Counted from the first letter of the stretch, positions 38,549 to 49,295 are shown. The stretch is 64,000 bases of DNA from Candidatus Heimdallarchaeota archaeon (GCA_019057375.1 DXJF01000112.1:15932-79931); one strand, 5' to 3'. Made by a program: numbers and translations. The notes: generated by a model from the sequence alone, not told the origin.

Positions 38549-38860
38549 TTATATCTCTCTCAATGCTTGAATATCTCGTAGTTTTTGCAGAGGAATGATT
38601 TGAAAGGTTTGGTTTGGATGCATCCTTCGTATGCTTAGGGGTAAAACTTTAGCCCTTAGCTCAAATTCTGCTATAACAAGAGGCGATTTATTTTCTAATT
38701 CTTGAAGTTGGAGTAATACAGGAGCCCCCATACTTAATTGTAAAGCCCGTGCTCCTACTATGCGAGCTCTTTCGAAGCGAGTTAGTCTATCGGGACCAAC
38801 CTTAACTTGTTTAGAAACGATTTCTTTATCCTCGGTGTTCCCATCTATACTCATAGCCAT
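38549..38860 (-). CDS. rpoK: RNA polymerase subunit K (Rpo6)
   Basis: LTRFERARIVGARALQLSMGAP...AEFEL...LPLSIRR. Confidence 0.95.
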   Translation of the reverse strand: MAMSIDGNTEDKEIVSKQVKVGPDRLTRFERARIVGARALQLSMGAPVLLQLQELENKSPLVIAEFELRAKVLPLSIRRMHPNQTFQIIPLQKLRDIQALREI

Positions 38861-39194
38861 AACAAACCACCAAAATATATTTTAAAGGTTACATCATTCA
38901 ACCTTGGTCTTATTTTAAAAATTTTTAGATATTGGGGTATTCTGAAGTACAGTAAAATTATCTTTCGCGTGCAAAATATCTTTGAGAGCTATCGAAATTT
39001 TTTAATACCGACATTGAAGCAAAAAGACAGACAAGATTTGACTAGAAACTGTAAGTCTGGGATATTCTCGCTTGCATATCTGGAAAAACTTTAATAAGAA
39101 AATAACAGCAAATAAACCAGATAGAGTCAAGATTAAGATAAGACTTATAAAATAGATACAAAATGTAAATTAACTTATACGGAATGACAGCTGC

Positions 39195-39761
39195 ATGAGT
39201 ATGTTCGGGTCGTTTTCCTCATGGTTGAGAACTAAGCTTAAGAAAGAGCAGAAGGCTAAGATATTGATATTAGGTTTAGATGCAGCAGGAAAAACAACTT
39301 TGACTCGTTTTATGAGATTTGGTAAATTCGCCGAAAACTTGACACCAACAATTGGGCAGAACATTGAATCTTTTGAATTTGAAGGATGGACTATAACTGC
39401 AATAGATGTTGCTGGACAATCACATTTCAGATTTTTATGGGAAGCACATTATCCAGGATGTAGCTCAGTAATATTTGTTATTGATGCCGCTGACATCGAA
39501 CGATTACCTGAAGCAAGAGATGTTCTCAAAACACATGTTTTCAATAATCCATATATGGAAAATGTTCCCACATTAATAATGGCCAACAAGCAGGATCTTC
39601 CTGGGGCGGTAGAGGCTCCTCTATTGATCCAAATGCTTGGATTGCATCTTGATCTTAAAGATCGAACCTTTGCTGTTTTTGATACAAGTATTCTCCACGG
39701 GAAGGGAATTAAGGAAGCTTTTATCTGGTTAGTAAATGAATTGGATACTCATTTACAATAA
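39195..39761 (+). CDS. Arf-family small GTPase
   Basis: ILILGLDAAGKTT, PTIGQN, DVAGQ, LW..HY, IFVIDAAD..R..EAR, ANKQDLPGA, G.GIKEAF.WL; amphipathic N-terminus. Confidence 0.92.
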   Translation: MSMFGSFSSWLRTKLKKEQKAKILILGLDAAGKTTLTRFMRFGKFAENLTPTIGQNIESFEFEGWTITAIDVAGQSHFRFLWEAHYPGCSSVIFVIDAADIERLPEARDVLKTHVFNNPYMENVPTLIMANKQDLPGAVEAPLLIQMLGLHLDLKDRTFAVFDTSILHGKGIKEAFIWLVNELDTHLQ

Positions 39762-39843
39762 AAAGTTGACTAAGTTTCTTTCTGTTTAAATTTGTATTTA
39801 GTAATGAATTTGTCCAGAAACATTGGTATTCAAGGATAATTCT

Positions 39844-41064
39844 TTAGAAAATTTCTTCCAACATCTCATCAATTGTTTTCTTATACTCCTTCAAAAATTC
39901 CGGCAATTCCTTCTTAAATTTCTCTATATCTTGTTTAGTAGCAGGAGGGATCTTATCTCTATTTTCTAAATGAAACAAGAAGTTGTAATAATCGCTTCTG
40001 TGTATGCTTAATAGAGCATCGTATATTTCTACAAATATTGTAATAACTTCTTCATAAAGATCATTTTCTTTATATTTTGCAAGAAGATTCTCTCCTGTAG
40101 GTGTTTCATAATCTTGAAAGAAATTTTCCAATTCTTTTTTTACCTCTTTAATTCTCTCTGGATCAATCATTACGTCTTTAAGTGTCTTATACCAATTTTT
40201 TTCAGAATTTGAGTCTGTGAGTGTATCGGAGTGAAGTTTTTCTTTAGCTTCTTTTTCTGCTACCTCTGCTTTTCTCTTCTCTTCTTCCTTCTTTTTTAAT
40301 TCAGCCTTCTTTTGATAGAATTTTCTTCTTTTCTCAATGTATTTTTCTAAAGGAAATTCTTTATTGGTTTGATAAGTTGGGTCTTTCTTCACATATTCAT
40401 AAGTCGAAATAGCACTATAATGAAGCTCTTTGTTTTCATCAGTACTTTTAATCACTTTAACAAGGAAATCAGCAATAGAATTATCAAGGATTTTTTCACC
40501 TACAACTTCAATTGGATATAGAATATAATTTTTGAAATGATTACTAGATGTAGAGAAGAAGCTTTCATAAAAATGCTCTTTAGTATCTTGCCAAATTAAC
40601 AAAAATTTATCAAAATTTTCTGTTTCATGGATAGTATCAGCATAAATCCTGCCTTTGTCAAATAACTGATCAGGCTCCCATTTTAGAAATTCTGCAAGTT
40701 TCTCAAATTCTCTAGCAAGATAATAGTTTACCATGTCATGAATGCCAACTCCTTCAAAAAGATACTTATTAACAACTTTAAGTACAATTTTTTGTATCTC
40801 TTTAGTTCTATTTTCGTTCAAAAATTCTGGGTGATTACTGATTATATTTGAAATACCAATTATACAATATGTGAAGAGAAATTCTCTTACATCTTCCTTG
40901 TCTATTCCTCCCTCTTCATAATCCATTTTCTGAGATATTTCGATAAATAAATCAAGATCCACATAATCTTGTGAGGAAGTAAGATAATAGGCTGCAGTAA
41001 TTTTTTCAAATATGTCTCCAGATTTCAGTTTATCTCTGATGAATATTATAGCATCAGAAGACAT
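39844..41064 (-). CDS. Hypothetical alpha-helical protein
   Basis: 406-aa ORF; HEAT-like start and a K/E-rich coiled coil. Confidence 0.55.
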   Translation of the reverse strand: MSSDAIIFIRDKLKSGDIFEKITAAYYLTSSQDYVDLDLFIEISQKMDYEEGGIDKEDVREFLFTYCIIGISNIISNHPEFLNENRTKEIQKIVLKVVNKYLFEGVGIHDMVNYYLAREFEKLAEFLKWEPDQLFDKGRIYADTIHETENFDKFLLIWQDTKEHFYESFFSTSSNHFKNYILYPIEVVGEKILDNSIADFLVKVIKSTDENKELHYSAISTYEYVKKDPTYQTNKEFPLEKYIEKRRKFYQKKAELKKKEEEKRKAEVAEKEAKEKLHSDTLTDSNSEKNWYKTLKDVMIDPERIKEVKKELENFFQDYETPTGENLLAKYKENDLYEEVITIFVEIYDALLSIHRSDYYNFLFHLENRDKIPPATKQDIEKFKKELPEFLKEYKKTIDEMLEEIF

Positions 41065-41066
41065 TT

Positions 41067-41459
41067 TTAAAATTGTTTTACTTTCTTTATCGCTGAATCA
41101 AAAATCCAGCTAGTGTCATCGTGTAGATAAAAGAACTTAGTTGATTCAAGCATCAAATAAAAATAGAAGCTATAGTTGTTAGTTTCTAAAAATTGGTCAT
41201 AATACTTTTTCGTCCCATAAACTTCGGTACTATATAGATATTTAGCAAAATATTTTGCAGCAGGTTCACCAAATTCAATCAAGCTCTCTAATAAAAGTAT
41301 AAAGTCTTTATAATAAAAATCAAGACCCCATTGGCGACCCCATTGGAAAATTTGTTCAATGAACTTTTTAATATAGAGAATATGTTCAGGATTATTTTGA
41401 TCTATTTTTTTGAGCCAATCTTTTGCATCAGTATTTTCATCAAAGGAGAAAGAATCCAT
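41067..41459 (-). CDS. Hypothetical protein
   Basis: 130-aa ORF, aromatic-rich, 2 bp upstream of the next gene. Confidence 0.5.
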   Translation of the reverse strand: MDSFSFDENTDAKDWLKKIDQNNPEHILYIKKFIEQIFQWGRQWGLDFYYKDFILLLESLIEFGEPAAKYFAKYLYSTEVYGTKKYYDQFLETNNYSFYFYLMLESTKFFYLHDDTSWIFDSAIKKVKQF

Positions 41460-41586
41460 TATAATTCATTGTAATTAGATAATATAATTTTTTCTGAAGT
41501 GCGATTTCTCTTTAACTCTTATTTAAAATAAAAGTGAACTAATAATCCACACTTACTTAATCGATTATCAGCAATTTCCTTAATTT

Positions 41587-42858
41587 CTATTCTTTTGGCT
41601 TTAAGCTGAATTTAGCAATAAATCCTCCAGTATTGTTTGTTGTTAAAGGATCAAGATAAACTGTTGATTTATCCAATTCTTTCTCGATTTCCTTATAGTT
41701 TTCTGGAGGAGTTCGTGATTCTATTGTTTTAGATTTCTTCAGTTTCCTTATTGTTTCTGGTAACTCTTGATTGTCTAAATATGCTTTACTTAGTGTGTTC
41801 TGGAATACCTCTTCATTTTCTAAATAGTCAATTGAATGAGTAATGTAAGTAATAGATGCTTTACCATGAGAGCATCTATATAGTTCTCCGATAAGCTTTT
41901 GCTGATTTTCAGAAAACTGTTGCAATCTATCTATACCTAGATTTGATGAGAATACTGGAATTACAGCTGTTCTTGAGTTTTGAGGTTCGATGAAAAACGA
42001 TGTATATTTTATCTCAGGTATTTCCCTTACAAATGTAAGAAATGGTCTATGCAAAATTCTAATAGCTTTGTTCTTTGTTCTATCAACATTCTTCCTAAGA
42101 GCTTTGACTTGCATCTCATTCGCTGCTAGAACAGTTATTGGTATTTTGTAATTAGTAATTTCTGAAATGTAATTAGCTACATCCCCTTTATCAGTAGACA
42201 TAACCAGAATATTTTCTTTAGAGTCAAATTCCATAGATTTAACTCCAACTGCTTGAGTAGGAGACATTATACTGAAAAATCCTCTTCTATATTCCCTTAG
42301 TTCTGTTATAGGAGGAGCATAAGCCAAAGAACTTGACACCTTTACTACAGCCTTTTGAGTAAGTCTTGTTATTTCACTACTTTTTACTTGAGTCTTTCCA
42401 ACTGCTAGAATATTGTTTACATAATCTGCTATACAAACTGTTTCTCCAGAATCAAATTCATCATGATTCATAATATTAGCAGTCTGAACATCTCTCCCTA
42501 AAGCAATGTTTGTAGTAGATTCATGATCTACCCTTATAATAGGTAAATCTCTAGAATATCCAGACAACTCTTTTTTCTGCACTTCAACTTCTATAAAATC
42601 ATCAAAAAAAGGATGCTTACGAGCAATGTACCCCTTTTCTTCAAAGATGTCAAAGAGAGAGTAATAATCTATTTTTCTTATATTTACTTGAACCCACATT
42701 GAATTGTAAGGTGATCTAAGCCCATCTAACAATTCTAGCGTTTTGCTTAAATCAAAAACCTCAAGCCAATGATTCAGCAGACTAGCTGAGTATTGAAATT
42801 TCTTCATTAAATCAGCTGAAAGAAGATTATTTTCGTCTTGGCTCTCTGTGGGTTTCAT
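41587..42858 (-). CDS. RsmB/NOP2 (NSUN)-PUA homolog, probably catalytically inactive
   Basis: VQVNIRKI N-domain, PUA domain, EENEEV-like ENEEV; DAPCS is replaced by EPQNS and STCS by ITHS. Confidence 0.7.
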   Translation of the reverse strand: MKPTESQDENNLLSADLMKKFQYSASLLNHWLEVFDLSKTLELLDGLRSPYNSMWVQVNIRKIDYYSLFDIFEEKGYIARKHPFFDDFIEVEVQKKELSGYSRDLPIIRVDHESTTNIALGRDVQTANIMNHDEFDSGETVCIADYVNNILAVGKTQVKSSEITRLTQKAVVKVSSSLAYAPPITELREYRRGFFSIMSPTQAVGVKSMEFDSKENILVMSTDKGDVANYISEITNYKIPITVLAANEMQVKALRKNVDRTKNKAIRILHRPFLTFVREIPEIKYTSFFIEPQNSRTAVIPVFSSNLGIDRLQQFSENQQKLIGELYRCSHGKASITYITHSIDYLENEEVFQNTLSKAYLDNQELPETIRKLKKSKTIESRTPPENYKEIEKELDKSTVYLDPLTTNNTGGFIAKFSLKPKE

Positions 42859-42975
42859 TCTGATAAGAGATTTCCTAATTTAAGCTTTAAGAATATTATC
42901 AAAATAGTGTTACTTTTCATCTCCAAAACACAAAATTGAAAAAAGAGCTAGTAAAGTCAAGTTAGAGGTTAATAG

Positions 42976-43485
42976 ATGGAGCAATCTGTTACTGTACGGT
43001 TAGCTGAATTAAGTGATATTAATGACATCATTAAGATTAACAGGCTCTGTCTTCCAGAAAACTATTCCTTTGATTTCTTTTATCGTATTCTTAAAGAATA
43101 TGGCTTTGCATGTGTTATTGGAGAAGTAGAAGGAAAAGTTATAGGTTATGCGCTTTCCAGACTGGAAAGACCTTTTTCTACCTTCATAGGTTTAAGCGCA
43201 TCTAAAGGTCATGTGATTTCAATTGCAGTTATTCCTAATCATAGAAAGAAAGGTCATGGGACTAAGATTATGAAATATGGAATACAAAAACTAATCGAAC
43301 ATGGTGTGGATACAATCTACTTGGAAGTTCGAGTATCGAATGTAGCAGCAGTTGAGATGTATAAGAAATTGGGTTTCTATATTAAAAGGGAGTTCAAACA
43401 TTATTATAGAGATGGCGAATCTGCTTTTGTAATGGAATGGGGAAGAAAACAAGAAGCTGAAGAAGCTGAAAATGCTGAAAATTAA
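42976..43485 (+). CDS. N-terminal acetyltransferase (Ard1/Naa10/RimI-like)
   Basis: CLPENY, GHVISIAV...HRKKGHG, LEVRVSN..A..MYKKLGF, HYYRDGESA motifs. Confidence 0.9.
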   Translation: MEQSVTVRLAELSDINDIIKINRLCLPENYSFDFFYRILKEYGFACVIGEVEGKVIGYALSRLERPFSTFIGLSASKGHVISIAVIPNHRKKGHGTKIMKYGIQKLIEHGVDTIYLEVRVSNVAAVEMYKKLGFYIKREFKHYYRDGESAFVMEWGRKQEAEEAENAEN

Positions 43486-43568
43486 TTCTTTTTTTACTGT
43501 TTCGACAAAGTTGATTCTATGTAATAATGAAATATATATAGTGAAATAATATTGTAGAAACAATCAAA

Positions 43569-46500
43569 ATGACTCTCCATTACTTAGATGAACCTTCAAC
43601 CTCAGCAGATATTTATTCCTTCTTAGCTGATGAAATCAAAGATTGGTTTACATCTAAGTTTCCAGGAGGGTTCACTCTTCCTCAACTTTATGCTATACCT
43701 TCTATTCATGATAGAAGAAACACACTAGTATTCAGTTCTACAGGATCTGGCAAAACCTTTGCCGCTTTCCTTTCAGCAATAAATGAGCTATTTATAGAAG
43801 CAAAGGACGGCAATCTAAAGGATGAGATTTATGTTTTATATATCTCCCCACTTAAAGCTCTTGGTAATGATATCAGAAAAAATCTTGAAGAGCCACTACA
43901 AGGAATTCAGGAGTTAGCAGCTGCAAATAAACTAGTAACACCTAAGATAAGAGTAGGTGTAAGAACAGGAGATACGACTCAAGCAGAAAGAACCAAAATG
44001 CTCAAAACCCCACCTCATATTTTGATAACTACCCCTGAAAGCTTAGGACTTATATTAACATCTCCAAAGTTTTCGTTGCACTTAAAGAGTGTTCGTTGGT
44101 TGGTTCTGGATGAGATTCATGAAGTTAGCTCGAATAAAAGAGGAGTAATGCTTTCACTCTTTCTTTCGTACCTACAGCAAGAAGTTGCAGAAAGAGAAAT
44201 CACTAGAATTGGCTTGTCTGCAACTCAAGCTCCCATAGAGGAGATTGCTAGATTTCTGGTGGGAAGCAATGATAATTTTCAGGAAAAAGATTGTTATATA
44301 GCTAATCTCCCACCACAGAGGAAACTTGACTTGGAAGTAAAGAGTCCAGTTAATGATATACTCCATACTCCCTACGTTATTATTCAAGAAGGAATATATG
44401 CTATCTTAGCTGATTTAATATTAGATCATGAAACATCCATAGTTTTCACAAACACACGAAGAGGGTCCGAGAATGTAGCATTCCGACTAAAGGAATATCT
44501 TGGAGATGAATACGCTTCTGCAATTGCTGTTCATCACTCTAGCCTTTCTAGAGAAATCCGCTTAGATGTTGAAGATAGATTGAAGAATAATGAATTACTT
44601 GCGGCAATAACATCAACTTCTCTTGAATTAGGTATAGACATAGGAAGTGTAGAACTTGTATCTCAAATAGGGTCACCAAAGACTGTTGCAAAGTATTTGC
44701 AGAGGGTTGGACGAAGTGGTCATTCACTAGATAGAATAGCAAAGGGGAGACTGATTACAACTGATAGAGATGACGCTATTGAATGTGCAGTTCTAACCAA
44801 AAGTGCTTATAGCAGAGAGATAGATAAAGTTCAGATTCCTATCAACTGTTTGGATGTTCTTGCTCAATTTATTGTGGGTATATCTCTTATGAAGAGATGG
44901 GGTGTTGAAGAAGCATTTGATATGATAAGAAAATCATACAACTACAAAGCTCTTGATTTTGATGATTATATTAACGTATTAGAATATCTAGGAGGGTACA
45001 ATCTCGATGTAGAAGAGAGAAAAATCTATAGAAAGATATGGTATGATGACAAAGAAAAAGCATTTGGAAAGAAGAGAGGTTCTAGATTGGTTTTTTACAC
45101 TAATATAGGGACCATTCCAGAAAATGCTGATTATCGAGTTGAATTAGAAACTTATAGAACAAGAATAGGTGTTCTTTCTGAAAGTTTCGTTGAACGATTG
45201 ACACCAGGGGATATTTTCGTATTAGGTAGTCATACTTACCAGTTTAGAAGGACAGTGGGTTCCAGAGTTGTTGTTGCAGAAGCTTTTGGAAGAAGACCTA
45301 CTATACCTAATTGGGTTGGTGAGGAACTCCCTAGGTCTTTTGAATTATCGCAACAGATTGGGCGATTCATTGATGCCGTTTCAAAGAAAATACAAAAAGA
45401 AGATGAAAGCCAAGTAAGAGATTGGATTGAAAGATCATTTCAAGTCGACGATATTATATCGAAATCAATTGTTGAATATGTTAAAGAACAAATGATGCTT
45501 CTCAATGTTACTCCAAGTGACAAAAAACTATTGATAGAATCTTATATTGATCCACAAGGTAGAATGGTTTTAGTTTTTCATGCTTATTATGGTAGGAGGG
45601 TAAATGATGCATTATCAAGGGCTTATGCATATACTATAGGAAAAGCTATTGATTCTGACATTGGATCAGCTGTTAATGATAACGGTTTCTTGTTAATGCT
45701 TCCCATAGACAAAATAATCGACACTTCCATTGTTCCTGAACTATTGTCTTCTGTTAATTTGGAGGAGATTCTTAAACAAGCAATAATTAACACAGAACTA
45801 TTTGTTAACAGATTTCGTCATGTTGCAAATAGAGCATTTATGGTTCTAAGAAGAAGTGGTGAAAAACATATTTCTGTATCTAGACAAAGCATGTATGCTA
45901 GAAGAATATTCTCAACACTTCGGGACCAAGACAGTTTTTGTGTAATAAAAGAAACTTATCGGGAGATATTAAAAGATTACATGGATTTGGCAAATTGTTT
46001 AGTAGTTTTAGCAAAATTGCAAAAGGGTGAATTTGAATATCATATCACTCCCTTGTCAGATATCCCTAGTCCATTTGCTCATGGAATTGTTCTATTGGGT
46101 ATTTCAGACATAGTCCAGATTTCAGATAGAAGTGCTTTATTAAGAGAGCTACATCAACAGGTTCTAGCGAAAGTTTTTGGAAAGGAAGGATCTAAAGAAA
46201 TATTATTTAACACAGAATTAGTTGAGAGGATTTTCAACAATCGAAGCTATAAGAACACTGATCTCCCCATTTCTTCTCTCAAGCAATTAAAGAACGCTGT
46301 AAAAGCTTTAGCACCAATTAAAACAACAGATAGTGTGAATCCAAGCATCTATCATCACAGTATTACTGATGCAAAACAGATAAGAGCGTGGTCTTTGGCT
46401 TTACACAATAATCGAGAACTAATAGAAGTTAATATTGCTAGAGGAGATAGAAGATCCATACCAATTACAGATTTTCAGTTATTTTGGAATCTTTATCTTA

Positions 46501-49295
46501 AATCAATTGAGAAAACTGAATTTGATGAGAAAATTCTGAAACTAATTAATGATGTTCATCCTATTTCTCTAAATAAAATAGCTGAAGAACTTAAGGAAGA
46601 GACAAGAACTGTTCAGATACATCTAGAAAAATTAGAAAAAGCTATGTTGATAGCTCGTGTTGAATATGAGCTATATGGTGGGGGAATTCGATCAAAATAT
46701 GCACCAATAAGTAAAGTCGTTCCTGAACCTCTACTTCAAGAAGCAAAGAAGCTTGATCCTGAAGAATGTTTAAAGAAGATTATCCTTCGTTTCTTAAAAG
46801 TACATGGACCATCTAGTATGCTTCAAATAGCTGAATATTTGAGAATCGAAGAGGAGAAACTTGTACGAGCTTTGACTGAACTTGAACAGAAAAATCGAAT
46901 ACTAAAAGGAAGAATTACTGAATCTTCTGTTGACCTACAATACATTCGTTTAGAAGATAGAGAATTACTTCGGAATCTCAGTAATCGAAAACCAGATTCG
47001 ATAATATTAACATCTGAAGATTTGAACTATATGCATTATAATTTCGCAGTTGAGAGCATATTTGGTGAGAATTTACAGGGAAAAGAGAGCGTTCTTAATC
47101 TCCTGAATCGCTTTGGTTCGATTGAGGATTTAAGTTCATTATCTGTTAGAATAAATGACTTTGATCTTGATTGGATAAGAGATTTAATTGAAAAAAATGA
47201 ACTTATCAAGGGAAGATTCAGTCACAAAAGATTATCTTTTGTAAGCAGAGAAATGTTCCCATACTATTATGTTGCTTATAGAGAACCATTTAATCTCTCT
47301 AGATCTGAAGAAAAAATACTTTCAACAATAAGAAAGTACGGACCACTAACAAAAAGAGAAATTATAGAATTTACAGAAATGGATGGAGATATAATTCAAG
47401 AAAACTTGACGATCCTTGATAGAACGCTGTATTTAGTTCGAAAATCAGTATCTCAAGAGTCTTTTATTCCCAAACAATTTGTTCCTAATGTTTATGAAAT
47501 ATCTGAACGATATTTTGCTGTAGATAAACTTCCTTCATTTGAAAAGAGTCAAGAGTTCATTCTTTTGCAAGCTATTGAATCTCTAGGTCCTGTCTCTCTG
47601 GTAGAGTTAACCCATCTAATTGGTTTCAGATATAGCAATATCGAGAAATTGATTAAGAATCTGTTAAGCAAAAAGAAAATTATTGAGAGAAAACTAACTG
47701 AAAGAGAAACTAATTACTATATGACACCTGAAAGATTCAAAGACATTGGTCAAATAAAAAATAATCTGATAAACATGGCGTTGAAGGAGGATGAAAGAAT
47801 AGTAATACTTCCTAAGAATGATCCCTTCACTAGATTAGGGATGCGCTTACATTTACGTGATATTTATGGGGAAGGACAAATTGATCCCATTTTACTAGAT
47901 GGTGAGATGGTGGGATCAGTTGAATATAAACTTCATAAAGGACAATATTTACAGATTTATGACTTGAAGCTAAAAGATGAAGTAGCTTTTCATTCAGTCA
48001 CCCTTCAGAAAATTGCATCTGAATTAGTTTCATATACCAGAAAGATTCATAGAGTCTTGAGTCTTCAGATAGAAGATATTAACGGGAAATCAGTTCTCTC
48101 TAAAAGCAACAATTTCATAAAAACAACTTTAGTAAAAACAGGTTTCAAACTAATCAAAGATACTTTAGTAGGTGGAGACACGGTAACTAAAGTATTTCCA
48201 GAAAGAGTCATAAATAAATACATTATGGAGTCTTTATGGTTGAAGAAAAAAACACCTTCCTTAACTGTAGAAACACTCCTACAGATGATCAATCATTTCA
48301 GTTTTATCAGCTTAAGAGAGATTCTTTCAAGATTTCCTGAAAATATGTCCTCAATTATAGTCTATCTTCTGAATAATCTTCTTGAAGACAAAGAAGTTAT
48401 TTGTCAAGGAAATGTATTCCTATCACTAGATTTTGCTCTATATAAGAAGAGTGGTTTAAGAAGAAGAAAAAGAATGAATGCAGAAATTGAGGAAACCTAT
48501 AGGAATATTCAGAAAGGAAATACTAATCAGGTAGAGTTATCCAAAAAATGGAAAGGAGCTACTGCATCATTAAAATCTGCTTTAAATACTCTCGAAGAAA
48601 ATATGAAAATTGGAGTAAGATCATTAAACAATCTGTTTGAACCTCAGGAATACTGGGATATAGGACCCTTCTTAGTTGAAATAAATAAAGATATTGCAGA
48701 AATAAGGAAAAAATATATTTTTGATATTCTATGTGGTTTAGGTGTTGCTACAGAAGACCATATTGAAGAAAGAGGAGTTATTCCAGGGGTTTTAACTAAG
48801 ATAAGAATCAAGGAAGTTCTAGCAGCTCTAATTGATGAAGATAAAATCTACGGTGGTAGATTTGTTGAAAATGATTTACAATTCTATTATATATCAACAA
48901 AAGATTATGACAAACTTCTCCAACTAGAAAAGAAAGAAGAATCTAAAGTTGATTATTCTCCCAAAGAAGTTAGAGAGAGATATTACTTGTTATACCCAAA
49001 AGATTTAGCTATTAATATTCTCAAAAATCAATTACCTGAGCATTTTGATGTTTCAACAAATAATTACATAGTTGTTTTAAACCAGAAAGTAGCTGCACAA
49101 TGCTATACTGAACCATTAAATAAGAGAACACTTGCAATCAAGAATCTTCTGCTTGCTCCCTGGATACATTCAGAGAGTTCATTGAACTATGTAGTAAATG
49201 CTATTGAAGACATTCCCACTTTCGATAATCTTGAAATCAATAACTTAGTTGTTGAGAAGATAAATGGGATTCCAACAAACACATTGGTGAAATAA
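43569..49295 (+). CDS. lhr: Lhr-family SF2 helicase with about 1000-aa C-terminal tandem winged-helix (AlkZ-like) extension
   Basis: TGSGKT, YISPLKAL, TTPES, DEIH, SAT, HHSSL, SLELGID, QRVGRSGH; Lhr IPNWVGE motif; repeated wHTH units after about residue 870. Confidence 0.9.
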   Translation: MTLHYLDEPSTSADIYSFLADEIKDWFTSKFPGGFTLPQLYAIPSIHDRRNTLVFSSTGSGKTFAAFLSAINELFIEAKDGNLKDEIYVLYISPLKALGNDIRKNLEEPLQGIQELAAANKLVTPKIRVGVRTGDTTQAERTKMLKTPPHILITTPESLGLILTSPKFSLHLKSVRWLVLDEIHEVSSNKRGVMLSLFLSYLQQEVAEREITRIGLSATQAPIEEIARFLVGSNDNFQEKDCYIANLPPQRKLDLEVKSPVNDILHTPYVIIQEGIYAILADLILDHETSIVFTNTRRGSENVAFRLKEYLGDEYASAIAVHHSSLSREIRLDVEDRLKNNELLAAITSTSLELGIDIGSVELVSQIGSPKTVAKYLQRVGRSGHSLDRIAKGRLITTDRDDAIECAVLTKSAYSREIDKVQIPINCLDVLAQFIVGISLMKRWGVEEAFDMIRKSYNYKALDFDDYINVLEYLGGYNLDVEERKIYRKIWYDDKEKAFGKKRGSRLVFYTNIGTIPENADYRVELETYRTRIGVLSESFVERLTPGDIFVLGSHTYQFRRTVGSRVVVAEAFGRRPTIPNWVGEELPRSFELSQQIGRFIDAVSKKIQKEDESQVRDWIERSFQVDDIISKSIVEYVKEQMMLLNVTPSDKKLLIESYIDPQGRMVLVFHAYYGRRVNDALSRAYAYTIGKAIDSDIGSAVNDNGFLLMLPIDKIIDTSIVPELLSSVNLEEILKQAIINTELFVNRFRHVANRAFMVLRRSGEKHISVSRQSMYARRIFSTLRDQDSFCVIKETYREILKDYMDLANCLVVLAKLQKGEFEYHITPLSDIPSPFAHGIVLLGISDIVQISDRSALLRELHQQVLAKVFGKEGSKEILFNTELVERIFNNRSYKNTDLPISSLKQLKNAVKALAPIKTTDSVNPSIYHHSITDAKQIRAWSLALHNNRELIEVNIARGDRRSIPITDFQLFWNLYLKSIEKTEFDEKILKLINDVHPISLNKIAEELKEETRTVQIHLEKLEKAMLIARVEYELYGGGIRSKYAPISKVVPEPLLQEAKKLDPEECLKKIILRFLKVHGPSSMLQIAEYLRIEEEKLVRALTELEQKNRILKGRITESSVDLQYIRLEDRELLRNLSNRKPDSIILTSEDLNYMHYNFAVESIFGENLQGKESVLNLLNRFGSIEDLSSLSVRINDFDLDWIRDLIEKNELIKGRFSHKRLSFVSREMFPYYYVAYREPFNLSRSEEKILSTIRKYGPLTKREIIEFTEMDGDIIQENLTILDRTLYLVRKSVSQESFIPKQFVPNVYEISERYFAVDKLPSFEKSQEFILLQAIESLGPVSLVELTHLIGFRYSNIEKLIKNLLSKKKIIERKLTERETNYYMTPERFKDIGQIKNNLINMALKEDERIVILPKNDPFTRLGMRLHLRDIYGEGQIDPILLDGEMVGSVEYKLHKGQYLQIYDLKLKDEVAFHSVTLQKIASELVSYTRKIHRVLSLQIEDINGKSVLSKSNNFIKTTLVKTGFKLIKDTLVGGDTVTKVFPERVINKYIMESLWLKKKTPSLTVETLLQMINHFSFISLREILSRFPENMSSIIVYLLNNLLEDKEVICQGNVFLSLDFALYKKSGLRRRKRMNAEIEETYRNIQKGNTNQVELSKKWKGATASLKSALNTLEENMKIGVRSLNNLFEPQEYWDIGPFLVEINKDIAEIRKKYIFDILCGLGVATEDHIEERGVIPGVLTKIRIKEVLAALIDEDKIYGGRFVENDLQFYYISTKDYDKLLQLEKKEESKVDYSPKEVRERYYLLYPKDLAINILKNQLPEHFDVSTNNYIVVLNQKVAAQCYTEPLNKRTLAIKNLLLAPWIHSESSLNYVVNAIEDIPTFDNLEINNLVVEKINGIPTNTLVK

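Noticed and set aside
38861-39194. Replication origin, or the 95-aa ORF at 38807-39094
   Set aside because: No clear ORB repeats and no cdc6 nearby; the ORF overlaps the rpoK start and has no motif. Most likely a divergent promoter region.
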